The position numbers and the translations under genes were made by a program. DNA of 42,487 nt from Candidatus Vogelbacteria bacterium (lineage in GTDB: Bacteria; Patescibacteriota; Minisyncoccia; Phycocordibacterales; UBA12445). The notes under the pieces were generated by a model. That model was not told the DNA's origin and ran no database searches. It saw nothing but the letters and a program-made list of their open reading frames with translations. The stretch lies in assembly GCA_016201465.1 (NCBI GenBank), contig JACQCV010000021.1:1-42487 (forward strand), in the 5' to 3' direction. Each line of letters begins with the position of its first letter. The stretch's first letter is position 1. This document shows positions 27,955 through 37,493 of this stretch, piece after piece.

Positions 27955-30099
27955 GTGAAAGAAAAATTAAAGGGTAAAGCAAGAAAGGAGTCCTCTATTA
28001 GATTAGAAGTTCCATCTGTCCATGATTCGCCATTTGTGTTTGATGAATATAGGAAGGAGCCTGAATTTATTTCTCTGCCTAGAGAACAAATCGCGAAAGA
28101 GGCCAAAGAAATTTTGATAGATCTAGAAAGGAAAGATCAAGAAGACAAAATAAAAAGAGAGGAGAGAAAGAAGAGAAGAGAGAGTGATCCGTTATATAAA
28201 GCGGTAGAAGCTTTGGTGAGACAGTCGGAGTTACTTATCGATAAGAGAGATTCTGTAAAATCTGAGATCGGTGCGTTGTCTAAGAAAAAAGACGCAGAGT
28301 CAGAGGAGCGAGTACGTATTGGTAAGGAAAAACTTCACATAATTCGAGAGGAATTAAATAAGGTCTCAAATAAGGCTGAAGATATTTCTGATGAAAAAAC
28401 TAAAAACTTCAGAATAGAAAATGCTGATAAGGTTGTACGCGAAAGAATCGCAGTTTATCTTATTGGTCCGTCAATTGAAAAAATTTTACCGATGGCGGAA
28501 AACAAGACGGAAAGTCTTTTAAGGTTGGCAATCAAAAATAAGTTTAAAGGCAAAGACTTAAGCTCGCTCTCTAAAGCAAATATTGCCTCGCTCAGCGGTT
28601 ATGTATCTACTCTTTTAGCCGACAAACTGAGACCTGATTTGCGAGAGTATATATCGTCGATTGCATACGAGGAGTTTCTTAAAACTGGCGTACTTCTCGC
28701 GGACTTTATTCGTCCAAATGTACTGGAATTTATGACAGAAGCTTACGAAAAGCTGAAGGTTGATTTTTCCGATGCCAGAGCCAAGGAGTTGAGAGAGAAG
28801 AAAAAGGAGATTGAAGAGGCCGCAAGTAGAGAGGGTATGAAGGTCGAAGATTTGTCGAATGAAGAGGTAGAAAAATTGTGGAGTTTAGTGCGGAAAGATA
28901 AACAAGAAGGTCTAATGGCCGAAGCAGAAATGCAGATTAGGGAAGAATTAAAAGAGAATCAAGTTAGTCTTGGTAAGAAGATGGTTTCTACTTTGAAGTC
29001 AACCAAAGATTATATTGTTGGTTTATCAGAGGCTGAAAAAGAGTATCGTGAAATTCGTAAAAATATGGAAATGCAGAAAAAGGGTCTACTCTTATTTTAC
29101 CTGGGCCAAAAAGTTTTCGACAAAGTTCACAAAATTGTTAACGACTCTCTCCCTCATGAACTTCGAAAGATTGGCAAGGCGTTGACTACGGAGTTGACCA
29201 GTGCGGAAGTTATTAATCTGTATTCAAGCATAAATAAAAAGGTACTCTTTAGCCTATATCCAATTAGTTTTGATGCTGATCAAGCAAGTAAGTTAAAAAG
29301 TTTTGAGGACCATGGCCAGTTATTAAACGAGTTGGTAATCGCAGAAACATATAGGTTCTTGGATGAGATTTTATCATCGAATGGAGTGGCCATACCAGCA
29401 TTTGATAAATCTGCTGATCGTTTGAATAAAAATGGAACCGATGTAAGTGACGTCGATGCTGCTATCGCAAGGCAAAACAAAAATGATTTGGCAGAATTAA
29501 CATCGGGAGTATCGAAAATCCCCAGTAAGATAAAAGATGCTTTTATTGAGGCGAACACTGTGCCCATGAAAACAATATGGTCATTTGTAAAAAAAGCCTG
29601 GGATAATATCAGTTACTTTGCTACTGATATTGTCAGCGAAGATAATTCTCTCCTTATTAAATCTTTCGGTAGTTATGAAAAAATGAAAGAGAAAATTGAG
29701 TCATATTTTGACGAGGTTATGGCTGAAGTTAAATTAGGATTTTCTCTAACTAGAGATCAAATAGTGCAGCGGGTGCTCAACAAATTTAATGCCGACTTCA
29801 AGGCTGATTATACAGCCTTGAAAATTGTGCATGAGTCGTTTGGTAAAATAGTTGATAAGTTATTAAAAACTAAGGACTTGATAATATACGAATCGTTGCC
29901 GCCAACGTATGGGTTAAGGCACTCATGGAAGGATTTGGAACTTGCAACAAGGGTGAATATGGCTCAGCAGGCAATGATAGCTGACACATTGGAGAAACAG
30001 TCACAGGGCCTACAAAATCAAGATAAATTAAATGAGTCGCAAAACAAAACTAGGGCTGAGATAGATAATAGGATCAGTAAAATTGCAACGGGACTTTAG
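27955..30099 (+). CDS. Large charged helical/coiled-coil hypothetical protein (paralogue A)
   Basis: 714-aa E/K-rich ORF. The N-terminal ~280 aa align by eye with 30130..31815. Confidence 0.8.
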   Translation: MKEKLKGKARKESSIRLEVPSVHDSPFVFDEYRKEPEFISLPREQIAKEAKEILIDLERKDQEDKIKREERKKRRESDPLYKAVEALVRQSELLIDKRDSVKSEIGALSKKKDAESEERVRIGKEKLHIIREELNKVSNKAEDISDEKTKNFRIENADKVVRERIAVYLIGPSIEKILPMAENKTESLLRLAIKNKFKGKDLSSLSKANIASLSGYVSTLLADKLRPDLREYISSIAYEEFLKTGVLLADFIRPNVLEFMTEAYEKLKVDFSDARAKELREKKKEIEEAASREGMKVEDLSNEEVEKLWSLVRKDKQEGLMAEAEMQIREELKENQVSLGKKMVSTLKSTKDYIVGLSEAEKEYREIRKNMEMQKKGLLLFYLGQKVFDKVHKIVNDSLPHELRKIGKALTTELTSAEVINLYSSINKKVLFSLYPISFDADQASKLKSFEDHGQLLNELVIAETYRFLDEILSSNGVAIPAFDKSADRLNKNGTDVSDVDAAIARQNKNDLAELTSGVSKIPSKIKDAFIEANTVPMKTIWSFVKKAWDNISYFATDIVSEDNSLLIKSFGSYEKMKEKIESYFDEVMAEVKLGFSLTRDQIVQRVLNKFNADFKADYTALKIVHESFGKIVDKLLKTKDLIIYESLPPTYGLRHSWKDLELATRVNMAQQAMIADTLEKQSQGLQNQDKLNESQNKTRAEIDNRISKIATGL

Positions 30100-30129
30100 A
30101 TAAGTTCTAGTTAAAGCTATAATTTACAC

Positions 30130-31815
30130 ATGAAAGAGAAGTTGAGGGCAAGAAAAAAGGAGACTGTCTCGGAATTGCCGAGTGAGTCTATTTTTGACTC
30201 GACACCGGTTTTTGGTGAATATCAAAAGGATGGTGATAAAAAAGCGAAGGCTGCTGAATTAGAAAAGCACGCCAAAGAGATTGCTGAAGAACTTCACATA
30301 AGAGATTTGCTTGGAGATCAGGGGCAGAACACTAGGGATGTTGAAGCAGAAAAACAGGATCAGTCTTCGGACACGAACTTTAAGGGTCAGGAGACAAGGG
30401 GCGGTGTGGATTTAGCCAAGATGCATACTTTGATAGATCAATCACAAGAGCTCATATCTTGGAGAGATCAGACGAAGGAACGAATTAAGTCTTTATTGAA
30501 GAAAAAAGATGATGATTCGAAGGAGATGTTGGATCTGGCAAAGACCGAACTTAGATTGCTGAGGAGAGAACTAAATAAGCACCAGATCCAGATGGAAAAA
30601 GTAATCGACGGCAAAGGGGCGGATCTTGAGATTGGCAATCCAGTTCAAGATGTAAAAACGGCTATGGCAAGGGAGATTGTTTTACCGGAATTAGATTGGA
30701 TTAAATTAAAGATTGAAAGTGGCATTGAAGAAGTTTTGCCATACGTTATTGTGGATCTGGAAGTGTCTAAGCCAATTAGTGAAATGACCCAGAAGGAGAA
30801 AGAAAAGATTGTTGATCGCGCCCTTGAGCCAGTTTTTGAGATGGCAAAGAAGCGTATTTTTGAATCCATGAGTGAGTTTGCTCGATGGGAGTTTAGACAG
30901 ACTGGGACCATGATAGGTCAGCTCATAAACAGGAGGTTGAGGAAGCTCATTCCTGAGATTCTAGAGTTTTCCGCGGAGCGCACAGACAAAAGGGTAAAAA
31001 ATATTATAGAGCAGGAGGAGGTAGAGAAGTTAAAGCGAGCCGAGCATGAAATGGAAATCAAAAAGTCTGCGGCGAGAAAGGAGACGGAAGCCAGAGAGGC
31101 TCAGGATAATGCATGGATGGTAGAGCACGAATTGCGAAAGGGTAAGGCAGAAGGATTGGGAGGTGTGTACCTTGGATCAAGCAATAATTATATTGCGCCC
31201 GCACTCGTTAATCAAGTATTTGGTAATCCTAAGCCGGTTAGTTCAGAGCAGTATGTAGAGGATTATCCGTTGATATACACAACTGTGAATTTTTTGCATG
31301 GCTGGATAGATTGGAAATGGGCAAAAAGAAATGAGAAGCTAAGATTGTTGTTGGACCAAACTCGGGATTTTAATTATGCGAGACGAGATTTTGAAAATTT
31401 TTTTGGCCGAGAAGTCGATAATGGTTTTAGGGAGATGCTTGAAAGACAAACAGTGCTCTTTTATGAAGAATGTTACGGTGAAAATGGCAAAGAGAAGGAT
31501 ATGAAGCCACAAGAATTTATTAGACAGTTGCAGGATCACATGAGAGCCATGATATATGGCAGTGAGAAGAGGTTTTTTGACCAACTTGCAGGAAGGTTTG
31601 ATGAAGCCGTATCTGCCGATATTAAATTAACACATGGATTTGATAAATTATTGAACATGGCCGTCGTTAGATTTTTGCAGCTACTGACGAATCTGGAGAT
31701 TATAGAAGAATATTTCAAAAAGAATGGTTTCATATTTAATTTCGACAAAGATGGGCGGATTGTAGAGGCTGATCCATCTACACAAAGTCCTGAGGTGATT
31801 TGGCCCAAAATTTAA
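30130..31815 (+). CDS. Large charged helical hypothetical protein (paralogue B)
   Basis: 561-aa ORF sharing MKEKL.., DS..VF.EY.K, QS..LI..RD..K..I..L.KKKD..S.E and EF..TG with A. Confidence 0.8.
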   Translation: MKEKLRARKKETVSELPSESIFDSTPVFGEYQKDGDKKAKAAELEKHAKEIAEELHIRDLLGDQGQNTRDVEAEKQDQSSDTNFKGQETRGGVDLAKMHTLIDQSQELISWRDQTKERIKSLLKKKDDDSKEMLDLAKTELRLLRRELNKHQIQMEKVIDGKGADLEIGNPVQDVKTAMAREIVLPELDWIKLKIESGIEEVLPYVIVDLEVSKPISEMTQKEKEKIVDRALEPVFEMAKKRIFESMSEFARWEFRQTGTMIGQLINRRLRKLIPEILEFSAERTDKRVKNIIEQEEVEKLKRAEHEMEIKKSAARKETEAREAQDNAWMVEHELRKGKAEGLGGVYLGSSNNYIAPALVNQVFGNPKPVSSEQYVEDYPLIYTTVNFLHGWIDWKWAKRNEKLRLLLDQTRDFNYARRDFENFFGREVDNGFREMLERQTVLFYEECYGENGKEKDMKPQEFIRQLQDHMRAMIYGSEKRFFDQLAGRFDEAVSADIKLTHGFDKLLNMAVVRFLQLLTNLEIIEEYFKKNGFIFNFDKDGRIVEADPSTQSPEVIWPKI

Positions 31816-31828
31816 GATAGGGGATATT

Positions 31829-32359
31829 GTGGCATTTGGTGCAGATGCTTTAGGTGGAAATTATGACTTTAATCCAGGAAGGGCTGTAGTGAGAACTATA
31901 ACACCAGACTATATTGCCGATCTTTCTGTGGAGATGATAGATGGTTCGGACAAGGGTAAGATATATGCTCTACAGTCAAAGTATACCCATAGAATTAGCC
32001 GGCCGGAGTTTGGATTTAGAAAACTTGATCCCGCTATCATTAGATTTTTTGGAGATAACGAAGAGCAAGCAAAGAAGAATATTATGCTAGAAGTGAACGG
32101 TTCTGTCACAAGGATATTAAGAAAAAAGGAGGCTGAATATAACGTAGCAAGTCCCAATTTTTGGACTCACATGGATAGCACAATTAAAGATAGGCTCTTA
32201 GATGAGCTGCTTGATTTGTATCGTACTGTCGTTACGCCGATTAATTTTCCATCGTTGAGAGATACTTTTACTCAAGCTTTAGATATAATAATCAAAAAAG
32301 AGGTAGATAAATTACAGCCAGAGCAGCCTCACGATCCATACCTGAATGGGCGGATGTAG
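31829..32359 (+). CDS. Hypothetical protein
   Basis: 176-aa ORF filling the gap between B and mnmA. Confidence 0.65.
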   Translation: MAFGADALGGNYDFNPGRAVVRTITPDYIADLSVEMIDGSDKGKIYALQSKYTHRISRPEFGFRKLDPAIIRFFGDNEEQAKKNIMLEVNGSVTRILRKKEAEYNVASPNFWTHMDSTIKDRLLDELLDLYRTVVTPINFPSLRDTFTQALDIIIKKEVDKLQPEQPHDPYLNGRM

Positions 32360-32397
32360 GATTTGACTCACGGAAGATTTTACTGTATTTTTTGGCT

Positions 32398-33618
32398 GTG
32401 GATAAAAAGCGCAAGCGAAAAAATTATTTTCTTAAAAAACAGCGTGTCTTCGTTGGCATGTCTGGCGGCGTGGATAGTTCTGTTTCAGTTGCACTTTTAA
32501 AAGATCGGGGTTTTGACGTAACTGGGGTTTTTATAAAAACTTGGTCACCAGATTGGTTGCCTTGTACTTGGAGAGAGGAGAGGCGGGATGCGATGAGGGT
32601 TACGGCTAAACTTAAAATTCCACTTATCACTTTGGATTTGGAGAAAGAATATAAAGAGAGGGTGGTGGATTACATGATTACAGAATACCGATCCGGACGA
32701 GTTCCAAATCCAGATGTCATGTGTAACAAAGTTATCAAGTTTGGTGGCTTTTTTGACTACGCAATGAATCATGGCGCGGATTTTGTGGCGACAGGACATT
32801 ACGCCAGAGTCGTTAGGGCTTCTCCTCAGACAAACAATAGTTTGCCGTCTCCTGCGGGCGACAACTATCTGCACTCTCGACCTATCGGCCCCTTCGGAGA
32901 CCAAGCCCGAGCGGTCTGCGAGAGTTTGTCTTCAAAGAACCCTAACTCCTCTTGGCTTTGCACATCTGTTGATCGTGAAAAAGATCAGACATACTTTTTG
33001 TGGACTCTTACACAGAGAGAACTTTCAAGAACACTTTTTCCAATCGGCCACTTACAAAAGTCTGACGTCAGAAAGTTGGCGAGGAAATTTGATTTACCGA
33101 ATGCAGAGAAGAAAGATAGTCAGGGGCTCTGTTTTATGGGAAAGATCGATGTTAAGGAATTCTTGAAACATTATATTAAGGAAAAGACGGGGAGAGTTTT
33201 GAATGAGGATGGTGAAGTTATTGGTGTACATGAAGGCGCGGCATTCTACACTTTAGGCGAGAGACATGGTTTTAATATTATAAATAAGAGTACTAATGAC
33301 TTGCCGCATTATGTTATTCATAAAGACATTAAAAAGAATATTTTAGTTGTGTCGCAAAAAAGGGACGAAGGTGAAATCTTAAAGAAAGAAGTTATGGTCA
33401 AGAATGTTAACTGGAATCAAGGGTTAGAACCAAATCTAAAGAAAAAATTTAAGGCCAGAATTCGCTATAGGCAAGAGTTACAGGACTGCATGATCGGGGG
33501 GATTAAGGGTGGTCAATATAAAATAATTTTCGATAAAGGACAGGTGGCGCCGGCGCCTGGCCAATCGGTTGTTATTTATGAAGACGGTGTCTGTTTGGGT
33601 GGTGGGATTATTGTTTAG
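32398..33618 (+). CDS. mnmA: tRNA 2-thiouridylase with ~40-aa in-frame insertion
   Basis: SGGVDS, PNPDVMCN..IKFG, ATGHYA, KDQTYFL, KKDSQGLCF, APGQS. Probable start GTG 32398 after TTGACT-17-TATTTT. Confidence 0.96.
   Translation: MDKKRKRKNYFLKKQRVFVGMSGGVDSSVSVALLKDRGFDVTGVFIKTWSPDWLPCTWREERRDAMRVTAKLKIPLITLDLEKEYKERVVDYMITEYRSGRVPNPDVMCNKVIKFGGFFDYAMNHGADFVATGHYARVVRASPQTNNSLPSPAGDNYLHSRPIGPFGDQARAVCESLSSKNPNSSWLCTSVDREKDQTYFLWTLTQRELSRTLFPIGHLQKSDVRKLARKFDLPNAEKKDSQGLCFMGKIDVKEFLKHYIKEKTGRVLNEDGEVIGVHEGAAFYTLGERHGFNIINKSTNDLPHYVIHKDIKKNILVVSQKRDEGEILKKEVMVKNVNWNQGLEPNLKKKFKARIRYRQELQDCMIGGIKGGQYKIIFDKGQVAPAPGQSVVIYEDGVCLGGGIIV
32803..32956 (-). repeat. Multi-branched palindromic element inserted in-frame in mnmA
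   Basis: Nested inverted repeats GCCA/TGGC, GAG/CTC, GTTAGGG/CCCTAAC, TTCT/AGAA and AGACAAAC/GTTTGTCT enclose two hairpin arms. Confidence 0.75.
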
Positions 33619-33630
33619 GTGTTGACCATC

Positions 33631-33826
33631 TTTAAATCACGAAATACGTTAAATTTCCAAGTCCTCGGGTCGGAAAACAGAGTTGAAGTCTGAGTCTCAC
33701 CTTGCTCAACCCCAGGGAGGTTTTTAGCGTTCGGCATGGAAGCCTCACTAAAACTCCCGTAAAACTCAAGCAGTTGAGTTTTACCTCAACCAGAAATTGA
33801 AAATTTAACGTATTTCGTGATTTAAA
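33631..33826 (-). mobile_element. 196-bp MITE-like or structured RNA element with 26-bp perfect terminal inverted repeats
   Basis: 33631-33656 TTTAAATCACGAAATACGTTAAATTT is the exact reverse complement of 33801-33826. Three internal hairpins; no coding gene recognised. Confidence 0.65.
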
Positions 33827-33896
33827 CCACTTTCAATCTGATGTGAGTATATACAAATTACTTTGGGTTGGAGTACTCATTTGCTATACTAATTTT

Positions 33897-36206
33897 ATGG
33901 AATCACTAAACAGAAGGGCTAGCCGCAAAATTGAACTTGCACCAGATGAAGAGGTTGCTAAACATTCTATTGAACGTCTTGTTGATGAGATAAGCGAGCC
34001 GACTGACATAGCGGATGTGTCTTGTAAAAGAGAAAAGGTGAATCAAGAAGCTTTGGAGAAGGCTGGGGAAATTTTGAAACAGTTGGAGGACGAGGATATT
34101 GACCGCTTGAGTCCGGAGTTGCAGCAAATGCACTTGAAAACGGCCATTGAGGATATGGAACGAGAAATAAAGATCAAATATACTGGTAAGTGGGCGAACC
34201 TAAAGGATTTTTGGTCAGTCGCTTTTCGTAGAGATAAAGAGGAAGCTCTCAGCGATTTGCAGTACGCTAAGGATTCTATTCAAGTTCTGTCTGTCATGAA
34301 CAGGGCGCAAGCAGTATTGCCCGAGGGTGTCGAGGCGCCAGAAGTAACTGCTATTGAAAAGATAAAAAAAGAGGTGGATATTTTAGTAAAGTTGCGAGAG
34401 GAATTGGAGGAAAGAATAGATGGTAAAGTCAAATCGTTCTTTCGCACAAAACGGGAATCCAGTCTCGATTGGTTCTGGAAAAATAGCGCCCACCGTACTC
34501 TTCTCGAGAAGCAGTTACTCGCCACCTCTTCAGATGGAAAAAATTTGTTGAGTATGGAAGACTACTTTGTTTTTTTGGATATTGAACTTGAGGTTGTGCA
34601 GGAGAGAATTGCCACTTTGCATCGCCAGATGGAAGGACACATATCGGGGAAACTCATCGATCAAGACTTTTCCAAAATGTCTCAAGATGAAGTGGCGGGA
34701 ATTATTATAACTGAAAAAGATTTGGATCGAGAAAGAGTTATTGACTATGATTCTAGGGTTACAGGTAAAAATATAGCCTCTATGACCGCGCGGGAGTTAG
34801 AACTTGAAAGAAAATTGTTTGAAGAATCTAAGGAACGATTTTATGAAAAGAAAGTTCTAGAGTTTATAAAAAATAACAAAGAAAGAGTGCTAGAGCTTGC
34901 AGATACGTCGATTTTTTTAGAGGTACAAACACATCTGGCTGAAATCGATGAGAGTGATCCTAAGTTTGAATTTGATAACAAAAGTAGACAAGGTTTAAAC
35001 GAGACGCTGAAGATGCGTGTCATATTTAGCGCCCTTACAAGTTTGGGGGTGCGAAATCCGGTGACAACTCATGTCGGTGATAGTGAAGGCAAAATCATTT
35101 CAGTCCTCGCGGGTGTTCTGGAGTTAAAAATTGACGACGAAAATTTCCAAAATAAAGTTAGCAAAATTACAGAGCGGTGTTTGGGGCCGAAATGGGAGAA
35201 TGGTGAGGTTTTAAAGCTGCGAAATACTCCTGACTCGGACTCCGTTAAGATTTTTTCTGGTGGTGTTATGCAGCGTGTGCAATTTGATATTAACCACAAT
35301 CCTAGGCGATTGCAATATATTATGAATGACGGTATCACCAAAGTAATTGATGGTGTGTTCGATAAAGACTCTTGGTGGCCACATCCGCTGGGAGTTATAA
35401 TTATGGATTCTTACGGAAATTTATTATTGAATGGAAAAGATTTGATTTCTGATAGAGAGTTTTGGAGGAGCAGGATTGACGTGGAGAGTATACCAGCGGG
35501 TATTTTGTGGCATGACTTAAGTGATAATGGAGTTTTTTTGAATGGAAAAAAGGTGGGTGAACTACCAATGAGTGGAAGGGGACAACCACCCCAACATTTT
35601 TCTGGGTTAAGTAAAAATGGCGTAGTGATGCAGCGTCAGCTTGGTGGGGTTGGTGATGAACATAAAAAAGATGCCGGCATATATATTAATGGTGAACAGG
35701 TTTTAAATGATTACGGTTTCGCTTTTAATGTAAAGGCTGTTGTCTCCAAAGACTTTGTTTTTGCATGTTATAAAAAAGTGGACATGCACAGCGACAGTGC
35801 TAAGATATTATTAGATGGTAAATATCCAATTAAGATAATTTCAGATTCGCCAATAGTGGAGTGGTGGGTTCATCCGCGCGGGATCGTAGTGCTCAATAAG
35901 GATAAAGAATTTAGATTTTACAGTTTTGAGAAGGTTGCTCAGGAGGTTAGATTGAAAAATAAGTTTAATGATGTTTTGTCTGAAAAAGGATTCAAGGTGA
36001 TTCCAAATATGGAAGATATTAATGCTAACCGCTATGGAGAGAAGTTGTGCTGGTTTAATGAGAATAATTATGACAAGATTCGCGCTGCGGTGATTAGCGC
36101 AATTTACAATAAGGATGCGGAGGCATTAGATAATTATTTGAGAGAAGAAAAACAAAAGTACATTAGTATTGTTCAAAACGCGTTGGCTGAGTATCATGAT
36201 CATTAA
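33897..36206 (+). CDS. Large hypothetical protein (paralogue C): helical N-half, beta-repeat C-half
   Basis: ATG 33897 lies 6 nt after TGcTATACT. N-half aligns with 36221..37477. Repeats WWPHPLGVII/WWVHPRGIVV and LLLNGK/VFLNGK/IYINGE/ILLDGK. Confidence 0.8.
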   Translation: MESLNRRASRKIELAPDEEVAKHSIERLVDEISEPTDIADVSCKREKVNQEALEKAGEILKQLEDEDIDRLSPELQQMHLKTAIEDMEREIKIKYTGKWANLKDFWSVAFRRDKEEALSDLQYAKDSIQVLSVMNRAQAVLPEGVEAPEVTAIEKIKKEVDILVKLREELEERIDGKVKSFFRTKRESSLDWFWKNSAHRTLLEKQLLATSSDGKNLLSMEDYFVFLDIELEVVQERIATLHRQMEGHISGKLIDQDFSKMSQDEVAGIIITEKDLDRERVIDYDSRVTGKNIASMTARELELERKLFEESKERFYEKKVLEFIKNNKERVLELADTSIFLEVQTHLAEIDESDPKFEFDNKSRQGLNETLKMRVIFSALTSLGVRNPVTTHVGDSEGKIISVLAGVLELKIDDENFQNKVSKITERCLGPKWENGEVLKLRNTPDSDSVKIFSGGVMQRVQFDINHNPRRLQYIMNDGITKVIDGVFDKDSWWPHPLGVIIMDSYGNLLLNGKDLISDREFWRSRIDVESIPAGILWHDLSDNGVFLNGKKVGELPMSGRGQPPQHFSGLSKNGVVMQRQLGGVGDEHKKDAGIYINGEQVLNDYGFAFNVKAVVSKDFVFACYKKVDMHSDSAKILLDGKYPIKIISDSPIVEWWVHPRGIVVLNKDKEFRFYSFEKVAQEVRLKNKFNDVLSEKGFKVIPNMEDINANRYGEKLCWFNENNYDKIRAAVISAIYNKDAEALDNYLREEKQKYISIVQNALAEYHDH

Positions 36207-36220
36207 GTTTAAGGTGGCCA

Positions 36221-37477
36221 ATGAAAAGTGAAAAAATAAGATCACAAAAGAAAGAAGGTCAGGGTCAGGGTAGTATAGAGCAAACTCCGACCACTGCCGC
36301 TATACCAAACATAAATTTGCTGAGCGCTGAAGAGTTAAGTAGATACAAAGTTGAGGATTTAGCTGATGAAACGCGGCAGCTTACTGATTTTTCGCGTGTA
36401 GACGATATGGCGACAAAGGAAGATCTTGTGGCCGAGGCGGCTAAAATTAAAGAAGAGATTGAAAGAATGGATGAGCAGACAATGAGCGTCGACATGCTTC
36501 ACGCGAAACTTCTAGTGACCCTTAAAGACGCTAGAGGAGAGCTCGAGAATCTTCGTGGCCAATCCCGTTTTAAATTTATTTCGAAAACTAAGAAAGATTG
36601 GCGTAAATCAAAAGAAGAAGAGTTGGTTGCTGAGATAGCTGTCAATGAGACCGATCTTAAGGCTCTTGCATTAAAACACAAGCGACCATTACTCGATATT
36701 GAGAACCGTCCGCTTCGGTTTGATATGGAGCTTGAAGAAATTACAACTGAAATTGGTGCTTTAGAGGTGTTGCGAGACGAACTTAAAAAAGACACTAGAC
36801 TTGTGGAGGACGCGCCGAGATTTGTGAAAAAAGGTTTTGAAAAATTCGTGAACTTTTTGAGCAATTTTTTTGGTCAACCTTATGATAAGGTGATGTCACT
36901 TCATCAAATTGAATTGGATCTTATCCGAAAAAGAATAAGAGGGCTTGTTGCAAAACTTAACGCAGGGCACTTGAATAGTGAGGAAAGAACGGATGAGATA
37001 TCGAGTTTGGACGAGGGAGAGATGAGGTATAAAATTCGGGTTTTTGATTCGAATATAAAAAGTTTGCCGAAGCGAGTTGAACAAGAGATTGAAGAGGAGG
37101 CGAAGGATATATATTACAAAGAGCAGTTTGCTGAATTTATCAAAGAGCAAGAGGAAGCGATAAAACATACGGCTGGTAATATTGCCAGATTCATGTATAT
37201 ACCAATTTTTGCAGATCCAACCGATCCTAGTTATAACGACAGGCTTTTCCTCCAAATGGCTACGACTAATATGGAAGGTCTTAAGCATGAAATAAAGTAT
37301 AAAATGAGTGAGTCAATGAGAGGCGCATTTATTTGGAAGAATGAGAATTTTATTGATGAGAGTAACAGACGAGCGTTTAATCGTTTTTTGCGTAGCCAAA
37401 CGGTGATCAATATGGTAAACAGAATTATTGACGAGGTGATACAGAGTAGAGTAATGTATTTGACGAAGGGAAAATAA
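36221..37477 (+). CDS. Charged helical hypothetical protein (paralogue D)
   Basis: 418-aa ORF. VEDLADETRQLTDF, LRDEL, IELDLIRKRI and EEAKDIYY...EFIK align with C. Confidence 0.8.
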   Translation: MKSEKIRSQKKEGQGQGSIEQTPTTAAIPNINLLSAEELSRYKVEDLADETRQLTDFSRVDDMATKEDLVAEAAKIKEEIERMDEQTMSVDMLHAKLLVTLKDARGELENLRGQSRFKFISKTKKDWRKSKEEELVAEIAVNETDLKALALKHKRPLLDIENRPLRFDMELEEITTEIGALEVLRDELKKDTRLVEDAPRFVKKGFEKFVNFLSNFFGQPYDKVMSLHQIELDLIRKRIRGLVAKLNAGHLNSEERTDEISSLDEGEMRYKIRVFDSNIKSLPKRVEQEIEEEAKDIYYKEQFAEFIKEQEEAIKHTAGNIARFMYIPIFADPTDPSYNDRLFLQMATTNMEGLKHEIKYKMSESMRGAFIWKNENFIDESNRRAFNRFLRSQTVINMVNRIIDEVIQSRVMYLTKGK

Positions 37478-37493
37478 AGTTTAATAGGACTAT

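Noticed and set aside
32771-33166. Alternate-frame ORF across the mnmA insertion as an intron-encoded or homing protein
   Set aside because: No endonuclease or reverse transcriptase motifs, and it mostly overlaps conserved mnmA sequence. The insertion is too short for a typical group I/II intron or an intein.
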